A DNA stretch of 34,903 bases from an uncultured Candidatus Saccharibacteria bacterium (GCA_964629705.1 CAZVTE010000001.1:1-34903); one strand, 5' to 3'. Counted from the first letter of the stretch, positions 8,445 to 18,399 are shown. The notes: generated by a model not told the origin, from the letters alone. Numbers and translations: made by a program.

Positions 8445-9628
8445 AGTATTCAATAACAACCACCTTCGAGAAGATTGCCGCCCTCACTCGCCGTATTCGG
8501 GTAGTGCAGGGTGGTACTTCTGCTGGCAAAACAATTGCCATCCTCATTTACATTCTGAACTGGGCAATTGAGCATAGTGGCAAAGTTGTCACTGTCGCAA
8601 CCGATACCTTCCCTAATCTCCGGACTGGCGCCATGCGGGATTTCCTAGATATTTGCAGAGAAACAAATGTCTTGGAAGCTGCCACATGGAACAAAACTAA
8701 TTCTACGCTCTATTTACCAAATGGAAGCATCATTGAGTTCTACTCAGTAGACACAATGGGAGCACACGGTGCTAGACGAGATTTGCTGTACGTGAATGAG
8801 GCGAACCGTATTTCGTGGGATACGTTCTCGCAACTGGAAGTACGTACTCGTGGGCTAGCTATTCTAGATTTTAACCCAGTGAATGAATTCTGGGCGCATA
8901 AAGAGCTTGTCAATAATGTTGACCGTACGGATGTAGATTTTCTCAAGGTAACCTACAAAGATAATGAGGCGCTAGATTTAGCCACAAAGGAGGCTATAGA
9001 AATGCGGCGCGGAGACGGTACGAGCAACTGGTGGCGGGTGTATGGGCTGGGTGAGATTGGTTCACTTGAAGGTAATGTCTATGAAGGCTGGGTGAGCATT
9101 CCGGAAATTCCGGATAGTTGCAAATTGGTACGCTATGGCGTAGACTTTGGCTTCTCGCATGACCCAACTGCCGTTGTTGCTGTCTATGAAGACGACAACG
9201 GAGGAATCTGGCTAAAGCAAGAAATCTACAAAATGCAAATGCTGACCCCTGAACTTTCGGCTCATTTGCAAGGCCTCGTGCAAATGGAGGGCGATGCTTT
9301 ATTCGTCTGCGATAACGCCAGACCAGAAATAATCGCCGAACTTCAAGCTAACGGTATCCGCGCAATTGGCTGCGATAAAACTCCGGGCGAGAAAATGAAT
9401 GGCAAGCGTTACAACATTGAACTCGTGCAAAGGAGAAAAGTGCATTATATGAGTTCCAATAAAGACCTCGAGCGTGAGTACCTAGCTTATGCTTGGCGTA
9501 AGAAAAAGTCAACTGGAGAAATTCTAGACGAACCAGAAGATGGCAACGACCACTGCATGGATGCGATTGCTTATGCCATTCGTGATTTAGAACGCAAGCA
9601 AATTGAATATGGCGGCGTAAGGTTCTGA
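8441..9628 (+). CDS. terL: Terminase large subunit (PBSX/SPP1-like)
   Basis: Walker A QGGTSAGKT, Walker B LYVNEA, DFNP, GVDFGFSHDPTA, NDHCMDAIAY. Confidence 0.96.
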   Translation: MKYSITTTFEKIAALTRRIRVVQGGTSAGKTIAILIYILNWAIEHSGKVVTVATDTFPNLRTGAMRDFLDICRETNVLEAATWNKTNSTLYLPNGSIIEFYSVDTMGAHGARRDLLYVNEANRISWDTFSQLEVRTRGLAILDFNPVNEFWAHKELVNNVDRTDVDFLKVTYKDNEALDLATKEAIEMRRGDGTSNWWRVYGLGEIGSLEGNVYEGWVSIPEIPDSCKLVRYGVDFGFSHDPTAVVAVYEDDNGGIWLKQEIYKMQMLTPELSAHLQGLVQMEGDALFVCDNARPEIIAELQANGIRAIGCDKTPGEKMNGKRYNIELVQRRKVHYMSSNKDLEREYLAYAWRKKKSTGEILDEPEDGNDHCMDAIAYAIRDLERKQIEYGGVRF

Positions 9629-9706
9629 GCGTTGTCGTGATTTTTGTCCGGATAATGTCCGGACATCTTTTGTTTTCCGACATTAGAAAAAAGTCTAGAA
9701 AAGGTA

Positions 9707-9736
9707 TAGACTGCTGTCCTTATTAGTTTTCATAAT
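9707..9736 (+). promoter_or_regulatory. Late-type promoter copy 2: TAGACT-GCTGTCCTTA(N8)-CATAAT
   Basis: Shared motif, 18-bp spacer, upstream of the capsid gene. Confidence 0.8.
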
Positions 9737-9781
9737 CAGTTTTAGTCAATGCCTTATTGGGCGACTAGAAAGGATTATTAA

Positions 9782-11599
9782 ATGACAGAGAAAATTAAAA
9801 CACTTTCTCTATCGAAACTTAAAACTGCAGAAACTGAAGGCGAACACCGAATCACTTTTGTGGCGTCAACCGCGAATGAAGACCGTGACTACGAAGTAAT
9901 GCAAATTGATACCTTTAGACTGCCGCTCAAAGGTGGTGGACACATTAAGGTGGCAGAACTTGGCGAAAGTGGCTCAGACAAGGTGGATATTCCCCTTCTC
10001 ACTAACCACAACCTTTGGGACGTGGAAAGCACGATTGGCTCGGTTCGCAAAGCCTCGTATGTTGATGGCAAGTTGATTTTCGAAGCTGGAATTTCCTCGA
10101 GAGCCTATGCGCAAGATATGTTCAAGCTGGTCGAGGAAGGACATCTTGACAACGCTTTCTCAATCCAGTTTAGAGACTTCGATTACGACAACGAAACCAA
10201 AACTTGCTCTAATGGAGAAATCGTGGAGGTTTCTCTTGTGACACGAGGCTCTAACAAAGATGCGCAGGTTCTAGCAGTCAAAGGATTAAAAGGAGAAAAC
10301 ATGAATCCAGAAGAAACTAAAGCTAAGGATGCTGCTCCTGTTGAAGAGAACGCTGATACAACGGAGACGGGTGAGGTGAAAACTGAAGACCAGTCTAGTG
10401 ACGAGAACAGTACCACCGAAAACGATTCTTTAAAAGAAGTGCCAGCAGAATCAGCAGAAGACAGCACGGAAGAGGCTGAAGTTAATAATGACAATAAGGA
10501 GAAAAGCATGAGTGAAACAACTCACACTGAAGCGGCAATGAAGCAGGTTAAGACCAAAGCTCCATCTCAGACCGTGACATCGATTAACAACAATGATTAT
10601 TTAAAATCCAAGCAGGCGGAAAAAGATTTTGCTAGGGTTATTGCTGAAAACTACGGCAAAAAAGGGTTTGCCGTTAAGAAGGCTTGGGAAGCACTCGTCC
10701 GCTCTAAGGGCGTGACTGGTGACGAGATTCTCCCAACCAGATTCGCACAGATTTTCTTCAAGGCTTGGGAAGACCGCTACGAAGCACTTGGCACATTCCG
10801 AAGATCCGAACTTCTGACTGGCCACATGTATGCTTGGAACACAACCGACAGAGCAAAAGCCCACACCAAGAAGCAAGAAAAGACTGAGCAGGAAGTGACT
10901 GACATTCGCCGTGATTATGATTCACGTATGGTATACAAAATGCTTGGCCTCGAGCAAGAGGATTTGATTCGCGATGGCGGTGCAGAGTTACTGCGCATGC
11001 GCTCGGAAGACCTATCTGGGCGTATTGGCGACGAAATTGTTCGTGCTATTATCTTCGGCGATGGCAGAACAGCTCCAGCTACTGGCCAGCCAGATAACCG
11101 TATCTTTGATGGCGTTAGAGGCCCATGGAATATGGTGAACGATATTAACAATTCTACCAGTAAAGACCCAGAAAATGCCTATGCAGCGGCTGTCGCCACT
11201 AAGCTTACCTACAGCGCCGATGACACCTTGTACATGAAAATTGTACGCACTCTCTCGAAGGTTAAGGGTGGATCTGGCCGGAAGATCGTCTTCTTGAACG
11301 AAGGGGCGCAAGTCGAACTCGCGCTAGAGACTGATTCCACGGGACGCCTGTTGTTTGCTCCGGGCACTAACTTCCAGAGTATCTTTGGCGACATCTACAT
11401 CTTTGAGAGCCCATACATGGAGGATTCTGGCTATGATGTGATTGCCTACCGCGAAGGTTCGTACTGGATGGCTCTCGGAGAAATGATTGTGCGTGGTGCA
11501 TTCGACCTTAAGTATAACCGCGACATGCTCTTGATGGAGCGCATGGTGGGCGGTACGCTCTATGGGAACAAGGTGGCAGCCGGCTACCCGTCAAAATAG
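9782..11599 (+). CDS. HK97-type prohead protease fused to major capsid protein
   Basis: AST..EDRD.E, PLLTNHN, AFSIQF and EVSLV protease motifs; acidic linker; C-terminal capsid-like region (LETDSTGRLLF, ERMVGG). Confidence 0.88.
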   Translation: MTEKIKTLSLSKLKTAETEGEHRITFVASTANEDRDYEVMQIDTFRLPLKGGGHIKVAELGESGSDKVDIPLLTNHNLWDVESTIGSVRKASYVDGKLIFEAGISSRAYAQDMFKLVEEGHLDNAFSIQFRDFDYDNETKTCSNGEIVEVSLVTRGSNKDAQVLAVKGLKGENMNPEETKAKDAAPVEENADTTETGEVKTEDQSSDENSTTENDSLKEVPAESAEDSTEEAEVNNDNKEKSMSETTHTEAAMKQVKTKAPSQTVTSINNNDYLKSKQAEKDFARVIAENYGKKGFAVKKAWEALVRSKGVTGDEILPTRFAQIFFKAWEDRYEALGTFRRSELLTGHMYAWNTTDRAKAHTKKQEKTEQEVTDIRRDYDSRMVYKMLGLEQEDLIRDGGAELLRMRSEDLSGRIGDEIVRAIIFGDGRTAPATGQPDNRIFDGVRGPWNMVNDINNSTSKDPENAYAAAVATKLTYSADDTLYMKIVRTLSKVKGGSGRKIVFLNEGAQVELALETDSTGRLLFAPGTNFQSIFGDIYIFESPYMEDSGYDVIAYREGSYWMALGEMIVRGAFDLKYNRDMLLMERMVGGTLYGNKVAAGYPSK

Positions 11600-11703
11600 A
11601 CGAGCCCTCCGACAGTTACTTTGTGACTACGGAAACGGGGGAGGGCTTAACTACCGAAAACGAAAAGTTACTAATGACTTAAAAAAGAAAGGACGACTAA
11701 GCA

Positions 11704-12111
11704 ATGGACAAACCGCTAATTTCCAAAGAATTGATGGAGAGTTTGCTTGGTCGTCCTCTCAAGCCTCAAGAAGTTAACAACTACGTCCTGTACCTTAACA
11801 TCGCAATCGTACGGTTGAATGACCTGCTGTGTACAAATATTGAGAGTTTGGAAGAGATTCCAGTGGACTTGCAACTGTTAATTGCTAGGGCTTTTGGTGT
11901 TGTTTTTGCAGAGCAAGAAGCGACTAGCAGCCATGGTATCAACAAGAAACAAGTGGAAGATTTCTCAATCTCTTATGAATCAAACGTTGATTCCCCGATG
12001 GTAGCTTTTGTAAAACAAAACGAGGCAACAATCAACAAGTACAGCAAATGTGTAGGGGCAATTCGAAGCGGAAAGGTAAATAATGAGTGTCAGATGTTTC
12101 GATGTATTTAA
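11704..12111 (+). CDS. Putative head-tail adaptor
   Basis: Follows capsid; LLGRPL and KKQVEDFSISY typical of SPP1 gp15-like proteins. Confidence 0.65.
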   Translation: MDKPLISKELMESLLGRPLKPQEVNNYVLYLNIAIVRLNDLLCTNIESLEEIPVDLQLLIARAFGVVFAEQEATSSHGINKKQVEDFSISYESNVDSPMVAFVKQNEATINKYSKCVGAIRSGKVNNECQMFRCI

Positions 12112-12448
12112 GTGTCAGACCTACGATTTCCTTGAGATTACTAGGGGAAGCGTAAGGGGTAACGTTATTAAATCGCGCCGTTCACTCACTGGTATCTTTA
12201 AAGACCGAGATGGCATGGAGAAGTCTGGCAATGTCGAAACCTATAAGGCAGACGCACGTATCCATGTCAAGCCAGAGGACTTCCCCGGTCTCAGCCCTAA
12301 GCAGTTAATCGGCAACGGAATTGAAGTTAATGGACAAACTTACTCAATCGACAACGCTTCAAGCGGAACTAACTTTGAGAACGGAGAGATTGAACATTTT
12401 CGCCTAGACCTCAATCTAGCGCAGTTCGTGGAGGCGAGTAATGATTAG
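12083..12448 (+). CDS. Putative head-closure protein
   Basis: Synteny, size, IEVNGQTYSI. Confidence 0.55.
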   Translation: MSVRCFDVFKCQTYDFLEITRGSVRGNVIKSRRSLTGIFKDRDGMEKSGNVETYKADARIHVKPEDFPGLSPKQLIGNGIEVNGQTYSIDNASSGTNFENGEIEHFRLDLNLAQFVEASND

Positions 12449-12794
12449 CTATAACGTAAAGATAAAAGATAACTCTGCGGGCTGGATTCACAAAAAAGAG
12501 CGTGAGCTAGAGAAGGGGCTCAACACAATGGCAAAGGCGATTCTTGCCCGAGCGCAAGTGAAAGTACCTCTAAAAGGCGGTGCGCTAAAAGCATCTGGCA
12601 AGGTAACTGGCAAAAGCTTGGAACGCACGGTTAGCTTTGGTTCTGGCTTGAAGTACGGTGCATATCAAGAGAGGGGCGAAAGACTAGATGGCTCGCACAA
12701 AGTCCGGCGGTATACAACGCCCGGAACTTCTAAACATTACCTTAAAGATTCTGGCGATGCAGTAGTAAAGGAAGGGATTAAGAAATATCTATGA
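12441..12794 (+). CDS. Neck/minor capsid protein (HK97 gp10-like)
   Basis: VPLKGGALKAS, YGAYQE, YTTPGTSKHYL. Confidence 0.75.
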   Translation: MISYNVKIKDNSAGWIHKKERELEKGLNTMAKAILARAQVKVPLKGGALKASGKVTGKSLERTVSFGSGLKYGAYQERGERLDGSHKVRRYTTPGTSKHYLKDSGDAVVKEGIKKYL

Positions 12795-13186
12795 TTACTT
12801 TATCTCTGCTGCAATACCTCGCTGACAACAACCTCGGCGTGATAGACGAGTCACTGTTCTGGCAAAAGCTTACAGCTAATCACGATGGAGTTTATGTCGT
12901 GGAGCTAGGAGAAACACGGGCTAGAGGAACGAGAATGGCAACTACGTACGAGCTGTACAGTCGGTTTAGGGATGACGTCTTGGCTTACCAAACTCTAGAA
13001 AAGATAGCTCAGCTACTAAATAGCTCGTACAGTGTTTGCGCATTACCAGCCGTGGCGGGCTATACCGAGAAAGGGTTCGAGAATGTTACCATCATGCCGG
13101 TATCAACCATCTCGAACTCGGGGCTCGATAGCGAGGGTAGAGTTGTGTTTAGCATTACCGGAAAAATTTATTATGACAATACGTAA
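12791..13186 (+). CDS. Putative tail terminator
   Basis: LLQYLADNNLG, GLDSEGRVVFSI; synteny. Confidence 0.6.
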   Translation: MITLSLLQYLADNNLGVIDESLFWQKLTANHDGVYVVELGETRARGTRMATTYELYSRFRDDVLAYQTLEKIAQLLNSSYSVCALPAVAGYTEKGFENVTIMPVSTISNSGLDSEGRVVFSITGKIYYDNT

Positions 13187-13207
13187 ATTAAAGAGAAAGG
13201 AGCATAA

Positions 13208-13408
13208 GTGAATGCCGAATTAGAAACCGTCAAAATTTCCGAGCTTCCAAACCTAGGTGGCACTCAGCTTGAACCAACTGATGTGGTTGCAGGTGTGGTC
13301 AGCGGAAAAACCGTCAAAGTGCCGGTGGAGCGAATTGCAAAGCTAGTGCCGCCAACCGACACAATTGACGCAAATGAGTTTAACAACCTCTGGGATGCCG
13401 CCCCATGA
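13208..13408 (+). CDS. Small virion appendage/adaptor protein
   Basis: AAGGAG RBS, GTG start; VKISELP N-terminal motif. Confidence 0.65.
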   Translation: MNAELETVKISELPNLGGTQLEPTDVVAGVVSGKTVKVPVERIAKLVPPTDTIDANEFNNLWDAAP

Positions 13409-13451
13409 AGCGGAACAAAGAATAATTAACTAATACTAAAGGAGAAATATC

Positions 13452-14498
13452 ATGGCAGAAAAAGCCTTAGGACAGAGCGTGATTCCAGCAATCAAGAAAA
13501 AGGTTGAGGACGCTGTTGCCGTCAAACAAGATTTGCTTGTATCTGGAACTAATATTAAAACCATCAATAATACCAGCTTACTTGGTGCTGGCGATATCGC
13601 CATTGAGCAAAAGCTCTACAGCACTTACGGCGAGAACACTGATGGCTCTTTAACGCAAAAGTTTGCCAGCGAGAAGATGCAAGCTGTTGAAGGCGATGTC
13701 ACTACCCTTAAAGCTGACGCTGGCAAAACCGTCCAGTTTGATACCACTGTATCGACTGACGCCTCTACGGTTACTATCACCAAGAGTACTGGCGCTTTGA
13801 ATGGCGAAACTCCAACCGAAGAGAGCTTGCCTATTCCAGTCGCTAGCGCTACCCAAGCTGGTGTGCTTAATGCAGCAACCTACCAGACGATTCAAGACAC
13901 CTCTGAAAAGCTCGAAACCATACTCGGTGCTTCTGTCGCCGTAGCCGACCTTCCAGCTGAGCCGACTCAAGAGGAATTGACCAGTGCCTGGAAGACCGCC
14001 ACTGGTAAGACTGAACTAGTTAACGGTGCGAAAATTTTGGATACCACCAACGGCAAAACTTGGACATACTACTCCAACAATACTACTTGGGTATCTCAAG
14101 ACAATAACAATCCAACCATTGAGTTGAAGAACTTCACTAACGAAGCAGCGGGTGTGATTAAAGGCTCAACTGAAGCTGGCAAAATTGCCGCGGAAACCGA
14201 TGGTACTGGTTCGGTCAATGGCTGGGACGCTTTGAGCGGCAAAGTTACTGCTAATGAATCCGCTATTACCTCCAATACTTCTGCAATCTCTGCCAACACT
14301 AGCAATATTGCTGGTTTACAAACTAGTAAGCAGGACAAGCTAATCGGTACTGGTGAAGGCCAGAATATCAAGACAATCAACGGTACTGATATCACCGGCA
14401 CTGGTAACATCCAAATCGATGTGCCGGAGGTAGAGTACATGACCACTGCCGAGTTTGAAGCAGCGTGGGCTAGCGCAGGAACTGATACTGGAGCTTAG
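13452..14498 (+). CDS. Fibre-like structural protein
   Basis: Thr/Ala rich; two KQD.L..G.NIKTIN repeats; coiled-coil segments. Confidence 0.75.
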   Translation: MAEKALGQSVIPAIKKKVEDAVAVKQDLLVSGTNIKTINNTSLLGAGDIAIEQKLYSTYGENTDGSLTQKFASEKMQAVEGDVTTLKADAGKTVQFDTTVSTDASTVTITKSTGALNGETPTEESLPIPVASATQAGVLNAATYQTIQDTSEKLETILGASVAVADLPAEPTQEELTSAWKTATGKTELVNGAKILDTTNGKTWTYYSNNTTWVSQDNNNPTIELKNFTNEAAGVIKGSTEAGKIAAETDGTGSVNGWDALSGKVTANESAITSNTSAISANTSNIAGLQTSKQDKLIGTGEGQNIKTINGTDITGTGNIQIDVPEVEYMTTAEFEAAWASAGTDTGA

Positions 14499-14565
14499 TT
14501 AGCTGAATAGTGGGATAGGAGGAGCTAGAACAATCTGGTTACCTCCTATTTCCAGAAAGGAGAAG

Positions 14566-15528
14566 ATGGAAAGCAAGAAAATTCTGACAGAGGAGATTAT
14601 TCCTGCGTTGAAAGCGAAGTTAGATGAAGCTGGCAGTACTAAGCTTTACTCTGATTACGGGACGAATACCGATGGTGCGATGACGCAGAAGTTTATTAGC
14701 GATACACTAAATAGCAGACATGTAATTATCGGTCAAAACGCTTCAACAAACCAGAGCAGTAGTGACAAAGTTATAGCGATTGGTCAAAATGCTAAAGCTA
14801 ACGGAATGTTTTCGGTTGCGCTGTTTGGAACAGTTACGGAAAGTGCAAGCGGCGGTATTGCTATCGGAAGTGGAAGCATAGCAAGACATTCCAGCAGCCT
14901 TGCAATCGGCGAGATGGCTGAAACCACAAGAGAACATGAGATTAGTTTCGGGAATATTTATGATGCTGCTAGTGGCAGCCATTATCTCGCGAATGTAAGA
15001 CCTGGTGAATTAGACAATGATGCGGTCAACCTTAAACAACTGAATGATGCAACATACTCATTGAAACCGGTCACATTGTACGAAATGCCACTAGAAGAGA
15101 TGGGTAATGATAGACCATCAACGTTTGAGCTCACTGAAAGTGTATTCAATTTTGAGTATATTGAGATTTTCACTATTTTGTCACCAACTATCGGCAACAA
15201 GAATACTCTAGACGGACAAGTTAAGGTCACTAGGTATTATCCAGAAATAGGTAAAAAACAATATGAGTTGCAAGCCCCTGCCGATAGCAGCGACCCCGTA
15301 AAATATCCGTCTCCGGGTGGATTTTCTATCACAGAGCAATATTTCACTGTTGGAGATGACGTCACTACGAATGTAACAGAAAAGTTCATGATTGGGCCTT
15401 TTTCAAGTGATCCGTCTGCAACCAGTGAGGGCACGGAAATTTATGACCGAGGAAGTCTTGATGGCGCCAGAAGACGAGAGCTTGTTGTTCTAAAGATATT
15501 AGGCTACAACCGAATCGTAACAACCTAG
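14566..15528 (+). CDS. Fibre/adhesin with YadA-like head repeats and neck
   Basis: AIGQNAKA/AIGSGS/AIGEMA repeats, EISFG, LANVRPGELDNDAVNLKQL. Confidence 0.8.
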   Translation: MESKKILTEEIIPALKAKLDEAGSTKLYSDYGTNTDGAMTQKFISDTLNSRHVIIGQNASTNQSSSDKVIAIGQNAKANGMFSVALFGTVTESASGGIAIGSGSIARHSSSLAIGEMAETTREHEISFGNIYDAASGSHYLANVRPGELDNDAVNLKQLNDATYSLKPVTLYEMPLEEMGNDRPSTFELTESVFNFEYIEIFTILSPTIGNKNTLDGQVKVTRYYPEIGKKQYELQAPADSSDPVKYPSPGGFSITEQYFTVGDDVTTNVTEKFMIGPFSSDPSATSEGTEIYDRGSLDGARRRELVVLKILGYNRIVTT

Positions 15529-15558
15529 TTGCCTGCTGTCCTTATTGACGAATACAAT
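15529..15558 (+). promoter_or_regulatory. Late-type promoter copy 3: TTGCCT-GCTGTCCTTA(N8)-TACAAT
   Basis: Shared motif, 18-bp spacer. Confidence 0.8.
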
Positions 15559-15582
15559 AGTAAAAATAATGAATGGAGAAAA

Positions 15583-16182
15583 ATGGATAACGAATTAACT
15601 GATGTAACATCCCTTGGTGGCAAAGCTGAGATTGCAATTGGCAAAGCGGTAATTGAGCCTCAATTTCTGTCAGAGCTTCATGTGGAAATAACAGAAGGTG
15701 AGCGAACTACTGAGTCGCTAGCTGGAAATATCACTAAACCATCTGGAATGATTGAAAGCGCTCAAGTCACGGGCAACTTCATTTTGCCAAGCATGGATGC
15801 ACTAAAGATTTTATTCCAAGAAGCTTATGAGGCGCCAACCGCAGAAAGTTTAGCTGGTAAGGTAACTTTTGGTTCAAATAGTTGCAAGACTAAAGTGCCT
15901 TTGCCAGTTAATATTCACTATACATGCGAACAGAACAGTAATAACGATGTCCATATCTATGCTGGTATCGTAAAGGCTGATCTAGACTTAACGTACAACC
16001 AAAGCGATGCACTCACTGTTCCCTTCACGATTTATGCTCAGCCTACATCAGAAGGCTATGCTTATGCTGGAGCTCACGACCAAAGCAAAGAGACGATTTA
16101 TGACCCGACCACGCAAACTTGGATAACACCACCGACTACCTCTACCGCCTCGAAGGTCACTAAAGTAGTGAATGAGAAATAG
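15583..16182 (+). CDS. Putative major tail (tube) protein
   Basis: ATG 15583 with GGAG RBS; ~200 aa, beta-rich; upstream of chaperone and tape measure. Confidence 0.7.
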   Translation: MDNELTDVTSLGGKAEIAIGKAVIEPQFLSELHVEITEGERTTESLAGNITKPSGMIESAQVTGNFILPSMDALKILFQEAYEAPTAESLAGKVTFGSNSCKTKVPLPVNIHYTCEQNSNNDVHIYAGIVKADLDLTYNQSDALTVPFTIYAQPTSEGYAYAGAHDQSKETIYDPTTQTWITPPTTSTASKVTKVVNEK

Positions 16183-16206
16183 ATTAACCCCCTTCCGGGG
16201 GTTAAT
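16183..16206. terminator. Probable bidirectional terminator
   Basis: ATTAACCCCC-TTCC-GGGGGTTAAT between convergent genes. Confidence 0.75.
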
Positions 16207-16537
16207 TATTCTTATTATCTTTGTAATAATAACCTATAACAAAGCTGAGGGGCGAGCTAATGAGAGTGCCTACGGTGGTCAGCAAATCTTTAGCATTTGT
16301 TTTCGCACCCCATAGTTGATCCGACAGTACAATAAAGCCCACAATGAGTAGAAAACCGACAAGAAGAATAAAGGCAAAAATTGAACGCCACTCATTTTTA
16401 GTACGTTTAGTCTTAGCTAATTTCTTAGTTTGGTTTTTCTCGGCACTAAGTTCTTTATAAGTTGTATTGTCTAAGATTCTAATCAACGGTTCATTGGATT
16501 GTTTATTTTGCCCACCACTATCATGGTCATCAGGCAT
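16202..16537 (-). CDS. Two-TM membrane protein (lysogenic cargo)
   Basis: Two hydrophobic helices ending FVIGYYY. Confidence 0.8.
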   Translation of the reverse strand: MPDDHDSGGQNKQSNEPLIRILDNTTYKELSAEKNQTKKLAKTKRTKNEWRSIFAFILLVGFLLIVGFIVLSDQLWGAKTNAKDLLTTVGTLISSPLSFVIGYYYKDNKNN

Positions 16538-16779
16538 TATTCCTCCATAACATCGTTAAGCAAATCAAATAAGCGCTTGGTAGTAGATAACAACCCATTT
16601 ATGGAATCGACAACATCATTAAAATTTTGAATCATCATCGTTTTAACGGATTCGTCTTGTAACTCTATGATAGAATTTTGCATCTTTTGAGCACTTTCCA
16701 TAAGATGTGAAATGTTGTCTATATTATTATTGATAGCCTGTCGGATCTCTTCGGCATTGTTATATTCCACCTTTTCCAT
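16537..16779 (-). CDS. Coiled-coil hypothetical protein
   Basis: AAGG RBS; TAATG-coupled to the membrane gene. Confidence 0.75.
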   Translation of the reverse strand: MEKVEYNNAEEIRQAINNNIDNISHLMESAQKMQNSIIELQDESVKTMMIQNFNDVVDSINGLLSTTKRLFDLLNDVMEE

Positions 16780-16893
16780 CCTTTCGCTTATTTTGTATTC
16801 TGTATAAATTGTACCAAACTTGACCTCAAAACAAAACCTTCATTTTATCACAGTCTACTTTTGGGGTCAATACATTTTTGGATTTATGCAATT

Positions 16894-17445
16894 TTACCTC
16901 TTCGGCGCTCGAAATCCTGTAGCAACAGCTTCTTCCACGGAGCAGAACCACTGATCGCCCTTAGATGGGTCAACAATTGTACTGTCATAATATCTGCTAC
17001 CGGGTACGTGGTAGATTTTTGTGTGGTTCTTTGAGTTTACGTTACCCTTGATATTGCAATCAGCGACTGATTCTTGATAAGTAGTGGCGGTTGGTTGCGG
17101 CTCTGGCGCAGTATAGGTTTGAGCTGGCGCAACGTAGGCTGGTTCTGGCTGGATTTGAGTCTCAGCTTGTGGTTCGGAAGGGGCGGCTTCGTAAGATTCC
17201 GTTGAATCTGTAGCAGCGCCAGTAGATGCATCTTCTGAAGGCTCTGTATCCGGGACAGTATCCTCTGCGTCTAGAGAGGTGCTACCAGCATTGCTAGATT
17301 CTATGTTCTCCACTTGCTGAGGTCTGGTAATTGCTTTGGTATCAGAGCTATCGTCTCCCGTATGCGAAAGCAGTCCAATTCCTCCTAATATTGTAATGCA
17401 TCCCGCAATTCCTGCTAAGATTGTTTTAGATATTAATTTACTCAT
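16894..17445 (-). CDS. Membrane-anchored protein with low-complexity stalk and C-terminal Ada/ExoI-like small domain
   Basis: N-terminal TM; CNIKGN...KIYHVPG..YY...WFCS.EEA...GFRA. Confidence 0.85.
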   Translation of the reverse strand: MSKLISKTILAGIAGCITILGGIGLLSHTGDDSSDTKAITRPQQVENIESSNAGSTSLDAEDTVPDTEPSEDASTGAATDSTESYEAAPSEPQAETQIQPEPAYVAPAQTYTAPEPQPTATTYQESVADCNIKGNVNSKNHTKIYHVPGSRYYDSTIVDPSKGDQWFCSVEEAVATGFRAPKR

Positions 17446-17475
17446 ATTGCTGCTCCTATTTTCATTTAATATTTA

Positions 17476-18264
17476 TTATTCTGCGCTGATGTCCAATATT
17501 TTATATTGTACTCCTTCTGGCCATGATAAGCATACGACATCATAAGGAACTATACTTGCACGTTCAGTTTCACCCGTTATTGTACCAGAGCAATTATCGA
17601 CTTTTTCACCGTTAATATATAAACCGAACTGCAATTTTATATTGCGGAGCACAGTGCCATGGTTATTAGCTAACACGCCCTTAATATGATAGACACCCTC
17701 CGCCGCTTGATCCGGTTCCCCTACTTGATCCTCTAATACAGCAATATATGTTTCTGCATCTGGTAACTCCGTAAGATCCTCCATATTCCACTTAATCCAT
17801 TTACGTCTCCCAGTATTGGCTAATACGTCTGCTTTGGTCGATGATAAAGACGTGTTGGTATCATTTAGTCCTCCGGATACTATAACTCCAAGCAGAAGTC
17901 CGAGCACTATAAAAGCCGTGATGATTATGCGCTCATTCCATTTTTTCTTCGAAGCATCAGTATCAGACATTTTATTTCCACCAGTTTCACACCCAGAGAT
18001 AAAGAAATTAGCATAATGGCTATTTATAACAACGATTGATTTTTCACCATCTTCCCAAACAATAGAATAAGTCTTATCATCCTTTTTGTTTTGGCCGTTC
18101 AACAGTTTATAACTTTTCACATTATCGTCATCTATCAGTATTTTATTTCTATCATCCTTAATAAAAAGAACCATCCTCTGAGAATCAAGACTAATCTTCT
18201 TGCCTTTGTACTTGCCACTCAAAACAAAATCGTACACCTTATTTTCTACCTCTCCTGCCCACAA
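17476..18264 (-). CDS. Single-pass membrane protein with FxLYD-like C-terminal domain (start may be GTG 18237)
   Basis: Central TM; IKGVLAN...NIKLQFGLY..GEKVD. Confidence 0.75.
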   Translation of the reverse strand: MWAGEVENKVYDFVLSGKYKGKKISLDSQRMVLFIKDDRNKILIDDDNVKSYKLLNGQNKKDDKTYSIVWEDGEKSIVVINSHYANFFISGCETGGNKMSDTDASKKKWNERIIITAFIVLGLLLGVIVSGGLNDTNTSLSSTKADVLANTGRRKWIKWNMEDLTELPDAETYIAVLEDQVGEPDQAAEGVYHIKGVLANNHGTVLRNIKLQFGLYINGEKVDNCSGTITGETERASIVPYDVVCLSWPEGVQYKILDISAE

Positions 18265-18269
18265 AAGAT

Positions 18270-18392
18270 GGGCTAATGTTACTAATGTTTGTCGAGAACA
18301 TATTTAAGGACTCAATACCTTAGTGTAACATTAACCCAATCTCAGTATTGAGATTCTCCAAAAATATATTCTCGACACTTCTATTATAGCAC
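18270..18392 (-). promoter_or_regulatory. Extended -10 promoter (TGCTATAAT) and structured 5' leader of the antisense cassette
   Basis: TGnTATAAT at 18391-18383; nested stems plus a 13-bp loop pairing. Confidence 0.65.
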
Positions 18393-18399
18393 GAAATTC

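Noticed and set aside
11562-11777. Capsid C-terminal extension by frameshift or readthrough
   Set aside because: In-frame readthrough stops after 8 codons and there is no clear slippery site; the hairpin at about 11603-11648 is more likely an mRNA stabiliser or terminator
15529-15582. Similar N-termini MPAVLIDEY (15529) and MRAVLIDDY (26245) suggesting a shared protein motif
   Set aside because: Artefact of translating the promoter motif from its TTG -35; real starts are downstream
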